From Parasitella parasitica NRRL 2501 (Eukaryota > Fungi > Mucoromycota): a DNA stretch of 64,000 nucleotides. A program made the position numbers and the translations under genes. The DNA lies in NCBI GenBank assembly GCA_025201805.1, contig MU619278.1:129738-193737 (forward strand), written 5' to 3'. The notes beneath the pieces are model-generated. The model was not told the origin of the DNA, made no database searches, and worked only from the letters and a program-made list of their open reading frames with translations. Every line of letters starts with the position of its first letter. Position 1 is the first letter of the stretch. This document shows positions 28,271 through 42,206 of this stretch, in pieces.

Positions 28271-29574
28271 TTACAGTTTGCTGTTATTGTCATGGTTGGG
28301 TATCGTATCTTTGATCTTATCTTGTTCATACTTAGACAAACGGATAAGACCTTCTTGTGCCGTAGTAGCAATCAACGTCCCATCTCTGCTATAGATCCTA
28401 CCAAACGCCATACCACGACCGCCATTGCTACGAGGGCTGTGCATATCATAAAGCAGCCTGCAGCTACAGGTCAATAAACACAGCGGTGTAAAACGATCAA
28501 AGAGTACTTACCATTCGTCAGCTCTCGCAGGATAATGGAACCACATGCAATGGTCTAAACTGGCCAACATACTAATACCTCTTGCTGGAACACCATTTGC
28601 CTTGGCTGCAGTACCAACAAATCCACTATCTGACGCATATGCAATTACACAGGCATGAAGTCGTTTATCTGATCCAAGTTGTCCTCTTGTCTTGAACCAA
28701 CGGCGCTAAAGAGTTCCCATACATCATTAGGTATCGCCATTACTGTTCCTTTCAGATAAAATTCAACTTACAGCTTTAAAAGATGGCCGACGAATACTGA
28801 TCTCACGATAGTCTACAGGGGAGCTCTCTTCAATACGGAGTTTAATGTGTTCCCGGTACTTTGGAAGTAAATCAGGTTGCTCCAAAGCCTTTTGTAATAA
28901 TTCTACATCACTAAAAACCGTTAAAGACCGAAAATCAAGCAAACGGTCGTTGATGATACTTACGAAGGAAGCGTTTCAGGTTCAGGAACCTTGGGCATTT
29001 CTGTTTGATGCGTCATTTGGATACTTGTATCTGGCTTTGTGAAGCTAAAACTGCTGACAAAGATGGCTTTGCCTTTTTGAGATGCGGTAACAAATCGAGT
29101 GGCAAAAGATCTGCCATCGCGAAGCCGAGATACTTGATAAATGACAGGAACCTCCACATTGCCCGGTAAGATAAAGTAACTGTGTAATGACTATTTGTAT
29201 CATGTGTCAATAATCATACCATACCCAGGAACAAAAGTGTGTACTATACGCTACATGAATGTCAAATTCTTCTCCAACAGTGTAAAATGCAGCCCGCAAA
29301 GCTTGAGCAACAATCTGAATATTCATTCAGTAAGCCAAATCTCTTGCCTTGTATATTTATTTACCTGGCCTCCAAAGGCACCACGAGCACCAGCAGGCAG
29401 CCAAAGTTCCTTACTCATGTATAAATTTGCATCGACCTCTTGCACTTCTACTGCATTGGCCATGCGTACGCCAAAATCGTCATCGTTTTCATCGCCAAAC
29501 TTTGCTGTGATGACTGGTGTAGAGTTTTTCTTGTCTGCAAACGAGATAACGGCAGGGAAGGTTGAATTGGGCAT
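28271..29574 (-). CDS. TES1: Peroxisomal acyl-CoA thioesterase II
   Basis: GAFGGQ, SLHSYF, RDGRSFATR, AYASD, SLDHCMWFH and AQEGLIR motifs; C-terminal SKL (PTS1). Confidence 0.93.
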
Positions 29575-30227
29575 GATTGAGATTATGGGATAGGGAAAGG
29601 GAGGGAACAGTTACCAGTTTAAATATACAAATGTATAGCTGTACAAGCCACGAGTGTATAGGATTTACAATGACTAAAGGAATAAGTTCTTTTCTTAAAT
29701 GTTGCGATTACTAATGGCAAAATCTGGAAGATATGTTTACCCAATGGGCCCAATGGAGGGATTTGTGCGGTTATTTAATATCGCTTCAAATATGGACATT
29801 ATGTCTTATCGACCACTTCAATTACATACTAAAGGAGTAACTTGAAAATACCACGCACAACTGATGAGGTCGTAATGATTCAGCTTATTAGTTTATAGTT
29901 GCACATACCCAATAGTAATAATGTCGGTTTATTTTTTGAATCTAATTTGTTTATTCACAAGATGCCAACAGAATCTTGATTAAGTCTTGGTAAATATGCC
30001 GTTGCATTAGCATGTTGGCTGTGTAAAATCTTTTCTGAAGGGAAGACATAATTAATTGCTGTAAGACTTTGATTTGGGCGGAGAGAAATCATGATGAAAC
30101 TTTTATGCAATTATTGTGGTTGGGAGCGATTGACAAGGGATTGCATATTATATAAATATCTGCCTAAAACCGTGTCTCTTTTTATATCACTTTATTTTCT
30201 TACAAAAATATCACAAGTATCCCTAAC

Positions 30228-31311
30228 ATGACTTCTGTACTCGATCAAATCAAGCAATTTACTACAATTGTCGCTGATTCCGGCGATTTTGAAAGTAAGG
30301 GTTATAAACAAGATACTTCAAATACGTTATTTCTAACATGCGATAATGTAGCTATTGCGCAGTATGAACCACAAGATGCCACTACTAATCCTTCCTTAAT
30401 CCTGGCTGCTTCCCAGAAGACTGAGTACGCCAAGCTTGTCGATGACGCCGTTGAGTTTGCCAAAAAGAAGAGCAGGTAAGAACATCCTCTCGCTTCACAC
30501 AATAGACGATGAGCTGATCTTGAATACCTATTCAAGCGATATCGACGAACAAGCTGATTGGGCCTTTGACAAAGTATTAATCAATTTCGGCAAAGAGATC
30601 TTGAAGATTGTTCCTGGCCGTGTCTCCACCGAAGTTGACGCTCGTCTTTCATTCGACAAAGAAGCCACTGTTGCAAAGGCTAAGCGATTGATTGCGCTCT
30701 ACAAGGATGAAGGCATTGATAAAGACCGAGTATTGATCAAGATTGCCTCTACCTTTGAAGGCATTCATGCTGCTCATGAATTGGAAACCAAGCATGGTAT
30801 CCACTGTAATCTGACACTTTTGTTTGGCTTCCCTCAAGCTGTTGCATGTGCCGAGGCGGGTGTCACATTGATTTCTCCCTTTGTTGGACGTATTCTTGAT
30901 TGGCACAAGGCACATAGTGGCAAAGAGTACTCTCAAACCGAAGATCCTGGTGTCATCTCAGTCACCAACATTTACAATTACTATAAACAATACGGCTACA
31001 AGACTATTGTCATGGGCGCTTCATTCCGTAATACTGGCGAGATCGAGGAATTGGCAGGATGCGACTTCCTCACCATTTCGCCTAAATTGCTGGGAGAGCT
31101 GCAGAAAGACACAAAGAAATTGGAGCGTAAATTGAGCCCTCAGGGCGGTGGAAAACAAGAAAAGGTATCTTACTTCAATGACGAGTGCAAGTTCCGTTGG
31201 GACATGAACGAAGACGCCATGGCCACTGAGAAATTATCTGAAGGCATCCGTAATTTCGCCAAAGATGGTACTAAATTGGAAGAAAATTTGATTTCTAAAT
31301 TGAAAAAATAA
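30228..31311 (+). CDS. TAL1: Transaldolase, 3 exons
   Basis: [39 protein letters not shown] and [10 protein letters not shown] motifs. Confidence 0.97.
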
Positions 31312-31965
31312 AGATTGCTCAAAGTGTAACATTTCACTAAGTCTCTCTAGCCCTTTTGTGATTATACGATTCTGTCTTGAATTTCATGATGTGTGGCAAC
31401 ATCTAGTGAGACCGCAGTCATACCTTGTGTTGAAAGTGTAATATCGACTGATCTGATTACTAGGTTTGTTAAAGCCGTGAAATAAGAGAATTTAAACATG
31501 GATGTAATCATTTGTAGAAATTAATAGGTACAATAAAATTGCAAATACAAAATAAGCCTTTGATTTGTGCTATTAATAACGCATGCCTTAATTTACTTGA
31601 TTGGATGGCCGAAGTAATCAAGACGAAGAAGTTTACTGCAGAGCAAATGCTGTTGCTTTCACTTTCTCTAGGCAACGAGCTCAAATCAGCGTGGCTTGTA
31701 AAACGGATGAGAAGTATCTTTATACTATACAGGAAACTATACATTATTATGTGGCTAAATCGAAATAAACAAAGGCTATAGATTACACAAATTGATTTAA
31801 CTGACTTGGAATGATTGGTGAACACAGATCAAAAAGGGACACCTGAAGGCAGAGAAACCCAGCCCCACGCCGGTTGCACAGCAAGCTAAAAAGGTTTATT
31901 TGAGGTATAAAAGCGTTTGTTTTCGTTTTTGCCTCCCTACTTTGTTTCTTTGTCTTGAACCCAAA

Positions 31966-34724
31966 ATGTACAAGTCAGAACACGATCAGTATCCGCTACA
32001 GGACACTCAGTTCTCAAACCAACCTCCCGTCTCTCGTTCACCTTTTGAAGATGACGGCTATCCAGCAGATCAACAAACCCCTCATTATGACCACCAGCCT
32101 TTATTAGCCTCTGGTCCTCCTGGCGGCGGCTATCCGCCTATACATAATTCTCCCTACGCACTCAGCCCTGGAGGCGCATCACCTTATCCATCCCATAGCA
32201 ATAACAGTAGTTCTCCTACTGTCCCGCAATACTTTAACCCGCCCTCACCAAATATGCATTACGGTGAAGCACCAAGACGCCAACCTCGTCGTTACAAAAC
32301 AAGTAAGTCTAAAGTGTGGAGAAGTGGGGGGGGGGAGTTCCTGTTATTAGGCTCTAATTATCGCTTTTTATAGCCAGACAGGTCAAATTGACAAAAGGTA
32401 ATTTGGTGTTGGATTGTCCTGTCCCTACCAGTTATTTGGCGAACTTGCCCCACCAAGATGGCAAAGAGTTCACGCACATGAGATATACAGGTGAGGCTTG
32501 CTATATAAAATACACAGATGAGGTCAAGTCTAACTTTCTTGCAGCTGCCACATGTGATCCCAAGGATTTCGTAAACGAGGGCTATACGCTTCGCCAACAA
32601 ATGCTTGGCCGTAAAACTGAACTGTTCATCGTCTTGACCATGTACAACGTAAGCGTTACCATTCAAGGAGAGATCAGTCTAATCTAACATAACCAAATCG
32701 ACTTGTTCTAGGAAGACGAAGTCTTATTCACACGTACAATGAATGGTGTCATGAAGAATATTGCTCATCTGTGTACTCGCGAACGTTCAAAGACTTGGTC
32801 TAAAGACGGGCCTGGGTGGATGAAGGTTACTGTATGTATTGTTTCTGACGGTCGTAACAAGATCAATCCTCGCACATTGAATGTTTTGTCCTTATTGGGT
32901 GTGTACCAGGACGGCGTCGCCAAGAACGTTGTGCACGGGAAGCCTGTTACTGCCCATCTTTACGAATATACGACGCAAATCTCTATCGCCCCTGACATGG
33001 AGGTGTTGAAACCTGGCACCTCCACCAAGAGCATAGCGCCTTGTCAAATTTTGTTTTGCTTGAAGGAAAAGAATCAGAAGAAAATCAATTCGCATCGCTG
33101 GTTTTTCCAAGCCTTCGGTCCTGTCATCGACCCTCACGTCTGCGTCTTGATCGATGTCGGTACAAAGCCCGGCCGCACATCTATTTATCATCTTTGGAAG
33201 GCATTTGACATCAACTCCAACATTGCTGGTGCTTGTGGTGAGATTCGTGCAATGGCAGGCACAGCTGGTGTTGCTCTGTTAAATCCTCTCGTTGCTGCCC
33301 AGAACTTTGAGTACAAAATGTCCAATATTTTAGACAAGCCTCTGGAATCTGTCTTTGGGTATATCTCTGTACTACCAGGTGCTTTCTCTGCTTATCGCTT
33401 CAAGGCCCTTCAAAACGATGTCGATGGCCATGGTCCATTGGAAAAGTATTTCTTGGGCGAGACTCAGCACGGCGGCGACGCTGATATCTTTACTGCTAAC
33501 ATGTATCTGGCCGAAGATCGTATTCTGTGTTATGAACTGGTAGCTAAAAAGAAAGCTCATTGGTTATTGCACTATGTGTCTAGTGCGTACGGTGAGACTG
33601 ATGTTCCTGACAAAGTGGACGAGTTCATCTCTCAACGTCGACGTTGGTTGAACGGCTCCTTCTTTGCTGGCATCTACGCTCTTTATCATTGGCGTAAGGT
33701 GTGGGCCTCAGACCACTCTTATATCCGTAAAATGTTGTTTATGTTTGAAGACATCTACAATACTTACAATCTGATCTTTTCCTGGTTTGCTCTTGGTAAC
33801 TTTTACCTAACATTCTTCATCTTAACTCGTGCGCTTGCTCCTGCCGAAGAAGGTCAGCCTGGCCTTTCAAGAGCACCCTTCTCTGCGGATGTCGCCAATC
33901 TACTGCACAACATTCTCAACTACATCTACATTATCCTGCTTGTTATCCAATTCATCATTGCTCTTGGTAATCGTCCTCAAGGCTCCAAGATCGCTTACAC
34001 TGGCTCCATGGTATTCTTTGCGCTCCTAATGATTTACATGATGTTTGCCGCTATTTGGATTACTGTTGTTGGCGTCACTACGATTGTCCAGGACTCTGAT
34101 GGCCAGTTCATTGCCATGCTGGGCCAAAGCACTTTTAGAAACATCATCATCTCGCTATGCTCAACCTACGTCATGTACTTTGTCTCTAGCTTCATGTTTC
34201 TTGATCCCTGGCATATGTTTAGCAGCTTCATCCAGTACATTCTCTTGTCTCCCAGCTACACCAATGTTCTCAATATTTACGCGTTTTGTAATACCCATGA
34301 TGTCTCGTGGGGTACCAAAGGCGACAATACTGTAGCCACTGATCTGGGGGTGGTCAAGGCCAAGAAGGATGGATCAGGCGATTTGGCTGTCGAGGTTGAA
34401 GTGCCCACAGAAGAAACGGACATTAATGCTGCATACAATGATGCCATGACTGAGCTGCAGAAGGTGGTAGAACCAGAAAAGGCTCATCGTGACGCCAAAA
34501 CCAAACAAGAGGACTACTATAGATCGTTCCGTACTAGACTTGTTTTGTCGTGGATCGTCTCCAACTTGGCTTTGGTTGTTGCCATCACTAACACCTCTGT
34601 CATTACAACTGGCGATCGTTCAGCTGCTTATCTTGGCTTTGTGCTTTGGTCTGTAGCAGGCTTGTCGTTGATCAGATTTACTGGTTCAACGTTGTACCTC
34701 ATATTCAAAGTCTTTAGTGGATAA
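31966..34724 (+). CDS. chs: Chitin synthase, division 1 (class I/II type)
   Basis: TMYNED, KINSHRW, LAEDRIL and QRRRWLNG motifs; C-terminal TM region; ATG at 31966; three short introns. Confidence 0.96.
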
Positions 34725-35313
34725 ATCTAATATAAATCGTTCTGTCGTATCCATCTCTCAATTTTGTATTTTCTTCGCCAATATCCCCTTTCTACTACTA
34801 CTCTATATATACATATCTACAAAAATTGATAATAAAAAGTTTATCAACAAATTCAAGTTATACACATATGCTCATTTATATTTATATGCACACTGCATAA
34901 TCCTAAAGGGTGGCTATTCTAAAGCCTATACGATACCACAGTTTTTTTTTTTTTTTGCTGATTAGTATTGCATGATTTGCTTGAATAATTGGCCCTTCGA
35001 TGCTTATTATCTAATCATAGCTGTCCTGATAAGGGTCCCTTGGTACGGCGGTATATTTCTGAATCATTGGCTTGGTCAAACAAGCTAAGAATGATGCCCT
35101 TGAATTTCATTTTATACAAGAGCAAAATAAGAGTTCAAACTGATTCAGGAAAGGCTCAACGCATGAAAGGCGGATTTACGAGAAATAAAAGTTTATTTCA
35201 TCTAAATAATATATAATATACATTTTTAATGTGTGCGTGTAGAAGATTTTTTTTGCTATGCTAGAAGAGAAGGATGAGTAGTAATGATTATAAAATAAAG
35301 GGTTGTAGATTAT

Positions 35314-37028
35314 TTAAAGCTTAGGTCCAGCAGCCAAAGTTTCAGAAGCAGCCTCGTCTTCATAAGTCTTGAAGTTGTCAACAAACATCTGACCAACCTT
35401 ACGGAGAGATTCGTCGAATTCAGCATCAGTGCCATTCCAAGCAGTCTTGGGGTTCAAAAGTTCAGAAGGAACACCAGAGACAGCCTTAGGGATTTGCAAG
35501 TTGAAAATTTCAAGATCTTCGTAGTCAGCCTTAGCCAATTCACCGTTGTGGATAGCATCCAAGATAGCACGAGTGTACTTGAGAGGGCAACGCTTAGATG
35601 TTGCAGCAGAGCCACCGATCCAACCAGTGTTGATCAACCAAGCGTCAGCCTTGTGAGTAGACATCTTCTGGGCCAACATGGTGGCATAGCGTTGAGGGTG
35701 GAGAACCAAGAAAGGAGCACCGAAACAAGCACTGAAAGTAGCTTGAGGCTCAACAATACCGTCTTCAGTGCCAGGAACCTTAGTAGTGTAACCGCTGATA
35801 AAATGATACATGGCTTGCTCAGCAGTCAACTTGGAGACAGGAGGCAAGACACCAAAAGCATCGCAGGTCAACAAGATGATGTTCTTGGGGTGAGATCCCA
35901 TACATGGTAACTTGGCATTGGGAATGTGGTAGATAGGATAAGCACAACGGGTGTTCTCGGTCAAGAAATCATCAGAGTAGTCAACAACGCGAGTTTCTTC
36001 GTCCAAGACAACGTTCTCCAAAATGGCACCAAACTTGATGGCGTTGAAAATATCAGGCTCCTTCTCACCAGACAAGTCAATGCACTTGGCATAACAACCT
36101 CCTTCAATGTTAAAGACGCCATCGTCTGACCAGCAGTGTTCATCATCACCAATCAACTTACGCTTGGGATCAGCGGAAAGAGTGGTCTTACCAGTGCCTG
36201 ACAAACCAAAGAAGAGGGAAACATCACCGTCGGGACCCTCGTTGGCAGAAGAGTGGAGAGAGAGAACACCAGCCTTGGGCATCAAATAATGCATAACAGT
36301 GAAAATACCCTTCTTCATCTCACCAGCATACTCGGAGCCGAGGATAACCATTTCGTTGCGCTTAAAGTTGATGGAAACAGAAGTGGTGGAGCTCATGCCA
36401 GTGGTGTAACGGTTGGCAGGGAACTCGCCAGCGTTGAAGATGGTGAAATCAGGAGTACCAAAGTCCTCGAGTTCTTCCTCGGTAGGGCGGATCAACATAT
36501 TGCGCATGAACAACAAGTGATAAGCACGAGAAGCAACAACACGGACCTTGATACGATATTTGGGATCCCAACCAGCAAAACCATCAAAGACATACAAACG
36601 AGGGCGAGTGTTGAGGTAATCGATAGCACGTTCACGATTAATCAAAAAGACACGCTCGCTGATGGGAGTATTCACAGGGCCCCACCAAACATCCTTTTGA
36701 GAGGACTCTTCTTCGACAATACGCTTGTCTTTGGGAGAGCGACCAGTCTTCTTGCCAGAGTAGGCACAAAGAGCTCCAGCAGATGAGATGACAGTACCTT
36801 GCTCATAAGTCAAAGCTTGTTCGTAAAGAACGGCGACAGAAGGGTTGCGCATGATAGTAACCTAGCAACGATATTTAGCCTCTGTGTAATACAGTGAATC
36901 CATGCTCTTACCTTATCATAGTCAATACCCGCGAATTCATGAAGATGTTCTTCGACCTTGGTGTGGACAGAGTTGGAGCTAGTGGGTCTACCACCAGTGT
37001 AAGGAGATCCGGGTCTTGAGGCAACCAT
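35314..37028 (-). CDS. PCK1: Phosphoenolpyruvate carboxykinase (ATP), 2 exons
   Basis: [26 protein letters not shown] and FSACFGAPF motifs; strong codon bias. Confidence 0.97.
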
Positions 37029-38185
37029 TTTGAGAGTGTTTAATATATTTTATTGATGTCAATGAAATCAAAGAACTGAAATTTCTGATTCAGGCTTCTT
37101 TTTATACTTGGCTCTTTCCTCGGGAAAGTCGGGCTTGTCAAGCTGCTGAAAGCGTTATTCCGACTAATTATAGTGTGAAATTCGTAACCATTAAACACTA
37201 CTGGAACGGGACATGACGGAAGTGCAAACATGTTCTCGCCTGTCCGACTTTCTCCTTTAAGAAGCAAGAATGCGCTCTTTACTTTTTCTTTGTTATAGGA
37301 GAGAGGCTAGAATAAGTTAATGCAACAAATAACAGTATTCTATGCAATAATAATAAAAATAAAAAGGATAATCAAATGTAGAAAAATCAGGATTTTAGAG
37401 CAAAAGGTCTCAAATGAATCACTTCCCCACATTATAACTTGTCCAATCATTAACAACGAGAGTAAAATTCACACATCGTGGGAACTATATTTTAATCTAC
37501 GATTTCGCCTTTGATCTAGTTTGCAAAAGACTCCTTTTTACTAATTTCCACGGAACACAATGTCTTAACTGTATTACTATGACGCTATTGAAATATACGT
37601 TGGATGGTATATTTGCTACAAAAGAACATTCTTTCTACTGCCATCCATTTAACAGATCTTTATTTGCTGCATTGTTATTCTTATTTTTGTCTCTGCAGAC
37701 TATAAAGCCTTGTTAATTGAAATGTGTGTTTTCTTCCTCTTGATGTAATTCACTTTCAAGCAGTAAAAATCATGTTACTCATCCTTAATCGAATATTGGG
37801 TATTTGCTAATGACTGGGATGTAAAAAATATGAATGTCATATGTGATTTCATTAGCTTACCAAACCCAATCGCATTGCTTGAAATTACTCTATATTATAT
37901 ACATACCTTTTTGACATGCATTCCCATGGCAACTTTGTCTTGTAAAAATAGTATACAGTGCCTTTGTCTATTTCCAAATTTATTAAGTAGCTAATGAAAA
38001 TCTTTCATATAGTAATTTGCAATGATAATAGAGATGATCAAGTACACACAGGTTCGTGCTATTCTATACGTGGCATTTTTTACCGCACAGAAGTGTCGAA
38101 TCACCAAATGTAATTTTAAAATTAGAGAACAATCAAATACAATGAATTAAAGGGTATAATATGAGAGCAAATAGGAAAAAGATGA

Positions 38186-40060
38186 CTATGCCTACATAAA
38201 AATCAGATTAACATTCATATTATGTACAACAAGGCAATTTTTATACTAACAGGAACTGTTACATACTCCCGTCTAGCCAACATGGCTTTTACCATGGCTT
38301 TACGAGACTTGGAATTTCTATTTCTCCAAAGACGAGCACATTTTACCCAAGTAAAGATTCCTACTAATATTAAAACAATGACGCCGCCTACGATTGATGT
38401 TTGGATCAAGCCTAAATATTCCTCGCCAGTCTATGAATTCCATCATGGTAAGTTTTCTGATGGCATCCTTAAATTTCGTCACAGCCAGACTTACATCACT
38501 TGCCCACCAGCATGAGCCATACCTTCCAATGACCCAGCAAGTGTTCATATTATAAGCCAAATTCAAATTGACCCACACTTTTTCCTCTGTAATATTTTCA
38601 GCGACCATCAGGTTTCTCAAGATGGTGTTTTGTCGCGGCACTCGAGGAACGTCAAAAATATAATTTTCGGGGCAGGCAGAAAGGGAGCGATCATATGACA
38701 ATGTGTTTTTGGTCAAAACCCAGGCACTGGGGTTATTTGCCTTTCTACAAGCTGCACGATATTGATCTGCGCAATCATTGGCCTGCCAGCGACCATTGCT
38801 TTTCTTGATGGCTGCGCATCGAAGCTCGTTGTTATTTGCCGGCTCGTTTACATCCCAAGACCAAATAGTAGACAGCACATTGTCGGCTAAATGTCCACTA
38901 TCTACTGCAGAGTATATTGAGTGTGCGTTTGAATAGTTGGATCGAGTAAAGTAAGGTGAATAGCCGCATTCAGTCTTTTGCATGTGTGTACGTAGCTTTG
39001 ATCAGTAAAGTTACACGTATATATCATTATACTGTGATCCACTTACTAATTGCAATGCCGATTCATATGAAAACGGCAGCTCTTCATCATCTATAAAAAT
39101 CCAGGAGCCATCGCTCAAGCAAGTTGATTCGGTTGCATTCATCAAACCACCCAAACTATTGGAGCTAAATATAGTATTGTTGTCATACATGGAAAGTCGA
39201 AAGGTTGTATTTTCACTAGAGGGAACAATTCCATATCCAATCATTAATTGGACTTTTTCTTCGATCAGATACAGCCATTGAGGCCAAGACACTTGGGCCG
39301 TTTGTTGCTTAATAATAGGAAAGTAAGGCTCTCTTCCGTGCGCATAAAAAGAGGCGCTGATGTTGATTCTATCGACTGTCAAATTCGAAGGTGTATAAAT
39401 GCGAGGTAGCAGTGCAGAATTGGGTGTGATTGATTTTCGGATGATTTGGCCAAGATTGGAGTCGGTTTTGGCTGTTTCTGAGGCATTTGTGGATAGATCG
39501 TGCAAATTCAAGACGAGAAATGCAATATCTGTCTTGAACGGGGATCGACTCACTTCTGTTGACACCAAGTAATCATTCACCGTATCCAAAAAGTTACTAA
39601 ACTTGAAATTAGACGCACAAATGTAGCCGTTAGGCAAAGTGATGTCTCCAGATGCCGCTTGTGTGGTCGTATCGTTGCCATGGATACTAAACGGGCATAG
39701 CTGCCAATCCAGTTCTATCGGATCCCAATACAGATCTACGACAAGTCTTTTATATCCCATGATCAGTACATTATCCACTTCTGATAACTTTTTCTTTGAG
39801 TAATCTCGTCCAAAAAAGGCAGTCGATAATTCTAATGCAGGCCATACAAGTTGATCAATTGTAACATTCATGGCTATATCTCTTTGAATTTGTATAGCTG
39901 TTGTTATGTTGGGAGAATTGAACGAAATGTTTTGATATGGTGTGTCACCCAGATAGGTGAAAGGCTCGAGCACTTGATCATATGATGGCCATGTTGTAGC
40001 TAATGCTTTGCTTGGCAGCAATTGCAGTATTAGCAGCCGTAACAAAAACGAAACTATCAT
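38186..40060 (-). CDS. MTC6-like type I membrane protein (signal peptide, PLC-like region, C-type-lectin-like C-terminus)
   Basis: Signal peptide MIVSFLLRLL..; QRDIAMNVTIDQ, RLVVDLYWD and WSWDVNEP..RCAA..GRWQANDC..AACR motifs; one TM helix; terminal micro-exon gives EYVTVPA*. Confidence 0.7.
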
Positions 40061-40090
40061 AAGCTTCTTCTTATTCTCTGACAATGGCAA

Positions 40091-40100
40091 NNNNNNNNNN

Positions 40101-40150
<50 letters not shown>
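40091..40150. other. Assembly gap (10 N) abutting a 50-nt poly(A) run
   Basis: N run at 40091-40100, followed by A50. Confidence 0.98.
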
Positions 40151-40152
<2 letters not shown>

Positions 40153-40801
40153 TGAGATATCCTAAATTATTTTCTCGGTAGAATATTAAATTATGAACAG
40201 AGCGAGGAGGAAGGCCCAATCAAAGTCAGATTAGATAAACCCAAAGCAAGATGATAAACTAGGCTGTATAATAGACGAGAGCAGGTTATTAGTTACTTTA
40301 TCATGTATTCATAAGGTCTACTCGCCGTTCTTGAAATCTGTGCGACAAAATATCAAACATTTAGTGATGCTTGAAATACCTATTTCAATTGAAACATATC
40401 AAGCAAAGCAAAGACAGTTTGATACATCTATATCATCGCATTAAGCCTTGGATACGATGCCCTTTTTATGAAGAAGAGATAGATATGAAATCACCCCTTG
40501 TATTTACTTCTAAAGTTGCATATAAATTGCCTAGCCAGGTTTGTAATATACCAGAAATTGGATATGGTATTATTACGCCCATTACTTCAATGTGGCTGCT
40601 ATCTAATGATAAAATATTTGACTGAATCGATTGATTTGCTATCCATGCGAGTTTTGTCAAAAATGATTGATGCTATTTCAAAATTTATAAATGATTGCTA
40701 TTCGAAAAAAAACTTTATTTTATAAAGAATAGGATGCGAATAGACCAATTTATAATTAAAAACAAGAACACAGCAAAATAAACACAATCCAACGAGGAAT
40801 A

Positions 40802-41110
40802 GAGTGTATAAATGCTTTGTTTGGTTTTGTAATTCCCATTCAAGTTTCGAATTTTTGAGAAGTCGGCGTTGAATCAAGTATACTGTATCTCATTTTCAAA
40901 AACTAGTTAAAAATATATAGAAGCTTCAGAAAACTATAAAAAAATATGTGCGTATGCAACAAAGCGTGAAAAAAATGGTCATGTATTTTGATTTGAAATA
41001 AGAGCTCATTCAACAGAGTAAATCATATTGAAAGTCGGGCGAAATAGCTTGAATCAACCAAATTGGGAGATTCGAAATCCAAAAAAGGCGATTTTTTAAG
41101 CTGTACACTT
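40802..41110. mobile_element. Possible degenerate MITE
   Basis: Begins GAGTGTATA and ends TGTACACTTC. The subterminal TTGGTTTTGTAATTCCCATT resembles the reverse complement of AATTGGGAGATTCGAAATCCAA. Confidence 0.3.
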
Positions 41111-42206
41111 CGTTCTAATTAATAATATGTTGATATGTTAACGCTTGTTTACTGAATTTCAGCAACACTTATGACAATTTTTGAAAGAAATCAAAATGGG
41201 TTGCGATTTATTGACCTGATGAAAGATAAGCGAAATCATGAATCATTTTGTAAAAAGGAGCGAGTGAGACAAAGTAAGCAAAAGGTGTATTGCCATCACC
41301 AACAAAAACGAGCGGATAAGCCTGTAATAAAAGGACAGGTAGTATATCTGTCAAGTTCAACAGTCAGTTAATCCGCTTTCTCTGAAGTTTGTTGGCCACG
41401 AACAGCTTTTCTGTAAAGACACTATTGAGAACGGAGGTTTGTCAGTTTGTGTTTGATGCATTAAAATGTGGAACAAGGTTTAGTAACAAGTAGATTATGT
41501 TTGAGACATTGCTCATTTTTAAATAAGTCTCGATTCCGAATGGCGAATCTCGTAAGTATTAATCAGTACACAAATGACATAATTTCCCACAATATTGATT
41601 TGAGATCTTATTAGTGTACCTGTATACGCCAGATTTTTGTTTGCTTAATTTGCTTATGTAAGTTTCAGGTATATGGTGGCATTTATCTATGGGTGATGTA
41701 GGCGGGTATGGTGGGCACAATATGTATTAAGGCTGTTGGCTTGACCTATAATCGACGCTTCCAAAATTTAAGTCTTGCAAAACCAAGACGAAGTTATTAG
41801 CTGATCAGGCATACCTCATATTGTCATTATTATTAAGCAACTATTTTTATAGGCATCATAGCTGGTGGAAGATATTCATTTTCTCCTTAAATTGGCATTC
41901 ATGACAAAAATTGACTGAACTTTTTTTGGCAAAACATGTGTTTTAGGAGTCTCCAAACAACCACCAAAGCGTACTAGTTGTCCAAATTCATGAAAATACA
42001 CCGAACAAGGTTTATTCACTTTTTGTTCTTCAATAATGAGCAAACGGCCAAAACGCTGATGCATAATAATAGCAGATAGAATTTAGTATTTATAAAAAGA
42101 AGGGAATAAGTGATATATATAGAGAAATATAATATATATATAATATATATAATGGTGTGCAGTAGTGATGGCAAAAGGCAGTATAAAAAAAAAAAAAAAA
42201 AAAAAA

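Noticed and set aside
29855-29890. CTGATGAG followed by a short hairpin, resembling a hammerhead ribozyme core (similar case at ~4612-4635)
   Set aside because: No GAAA after stem II and no stems I/III.
31385-31456. Possible C/D snoRNA (ATGATGT...CTGA)
   Set aside because: Imperfect C box, no terminal stem and no identifiable rRNA guide.
35494-36786. Long antisense ORFs over PCK1 (similarly over the SDR and QCR1)
   Set aside because: Shadow ORFs caused by codon bias of the real genes.
39011-40219. Poly-Phe N-terminal extension in the ORF track
   Set aside because: Artifact of the poly(A) run and N gap; the real start is probably ATG 40060.
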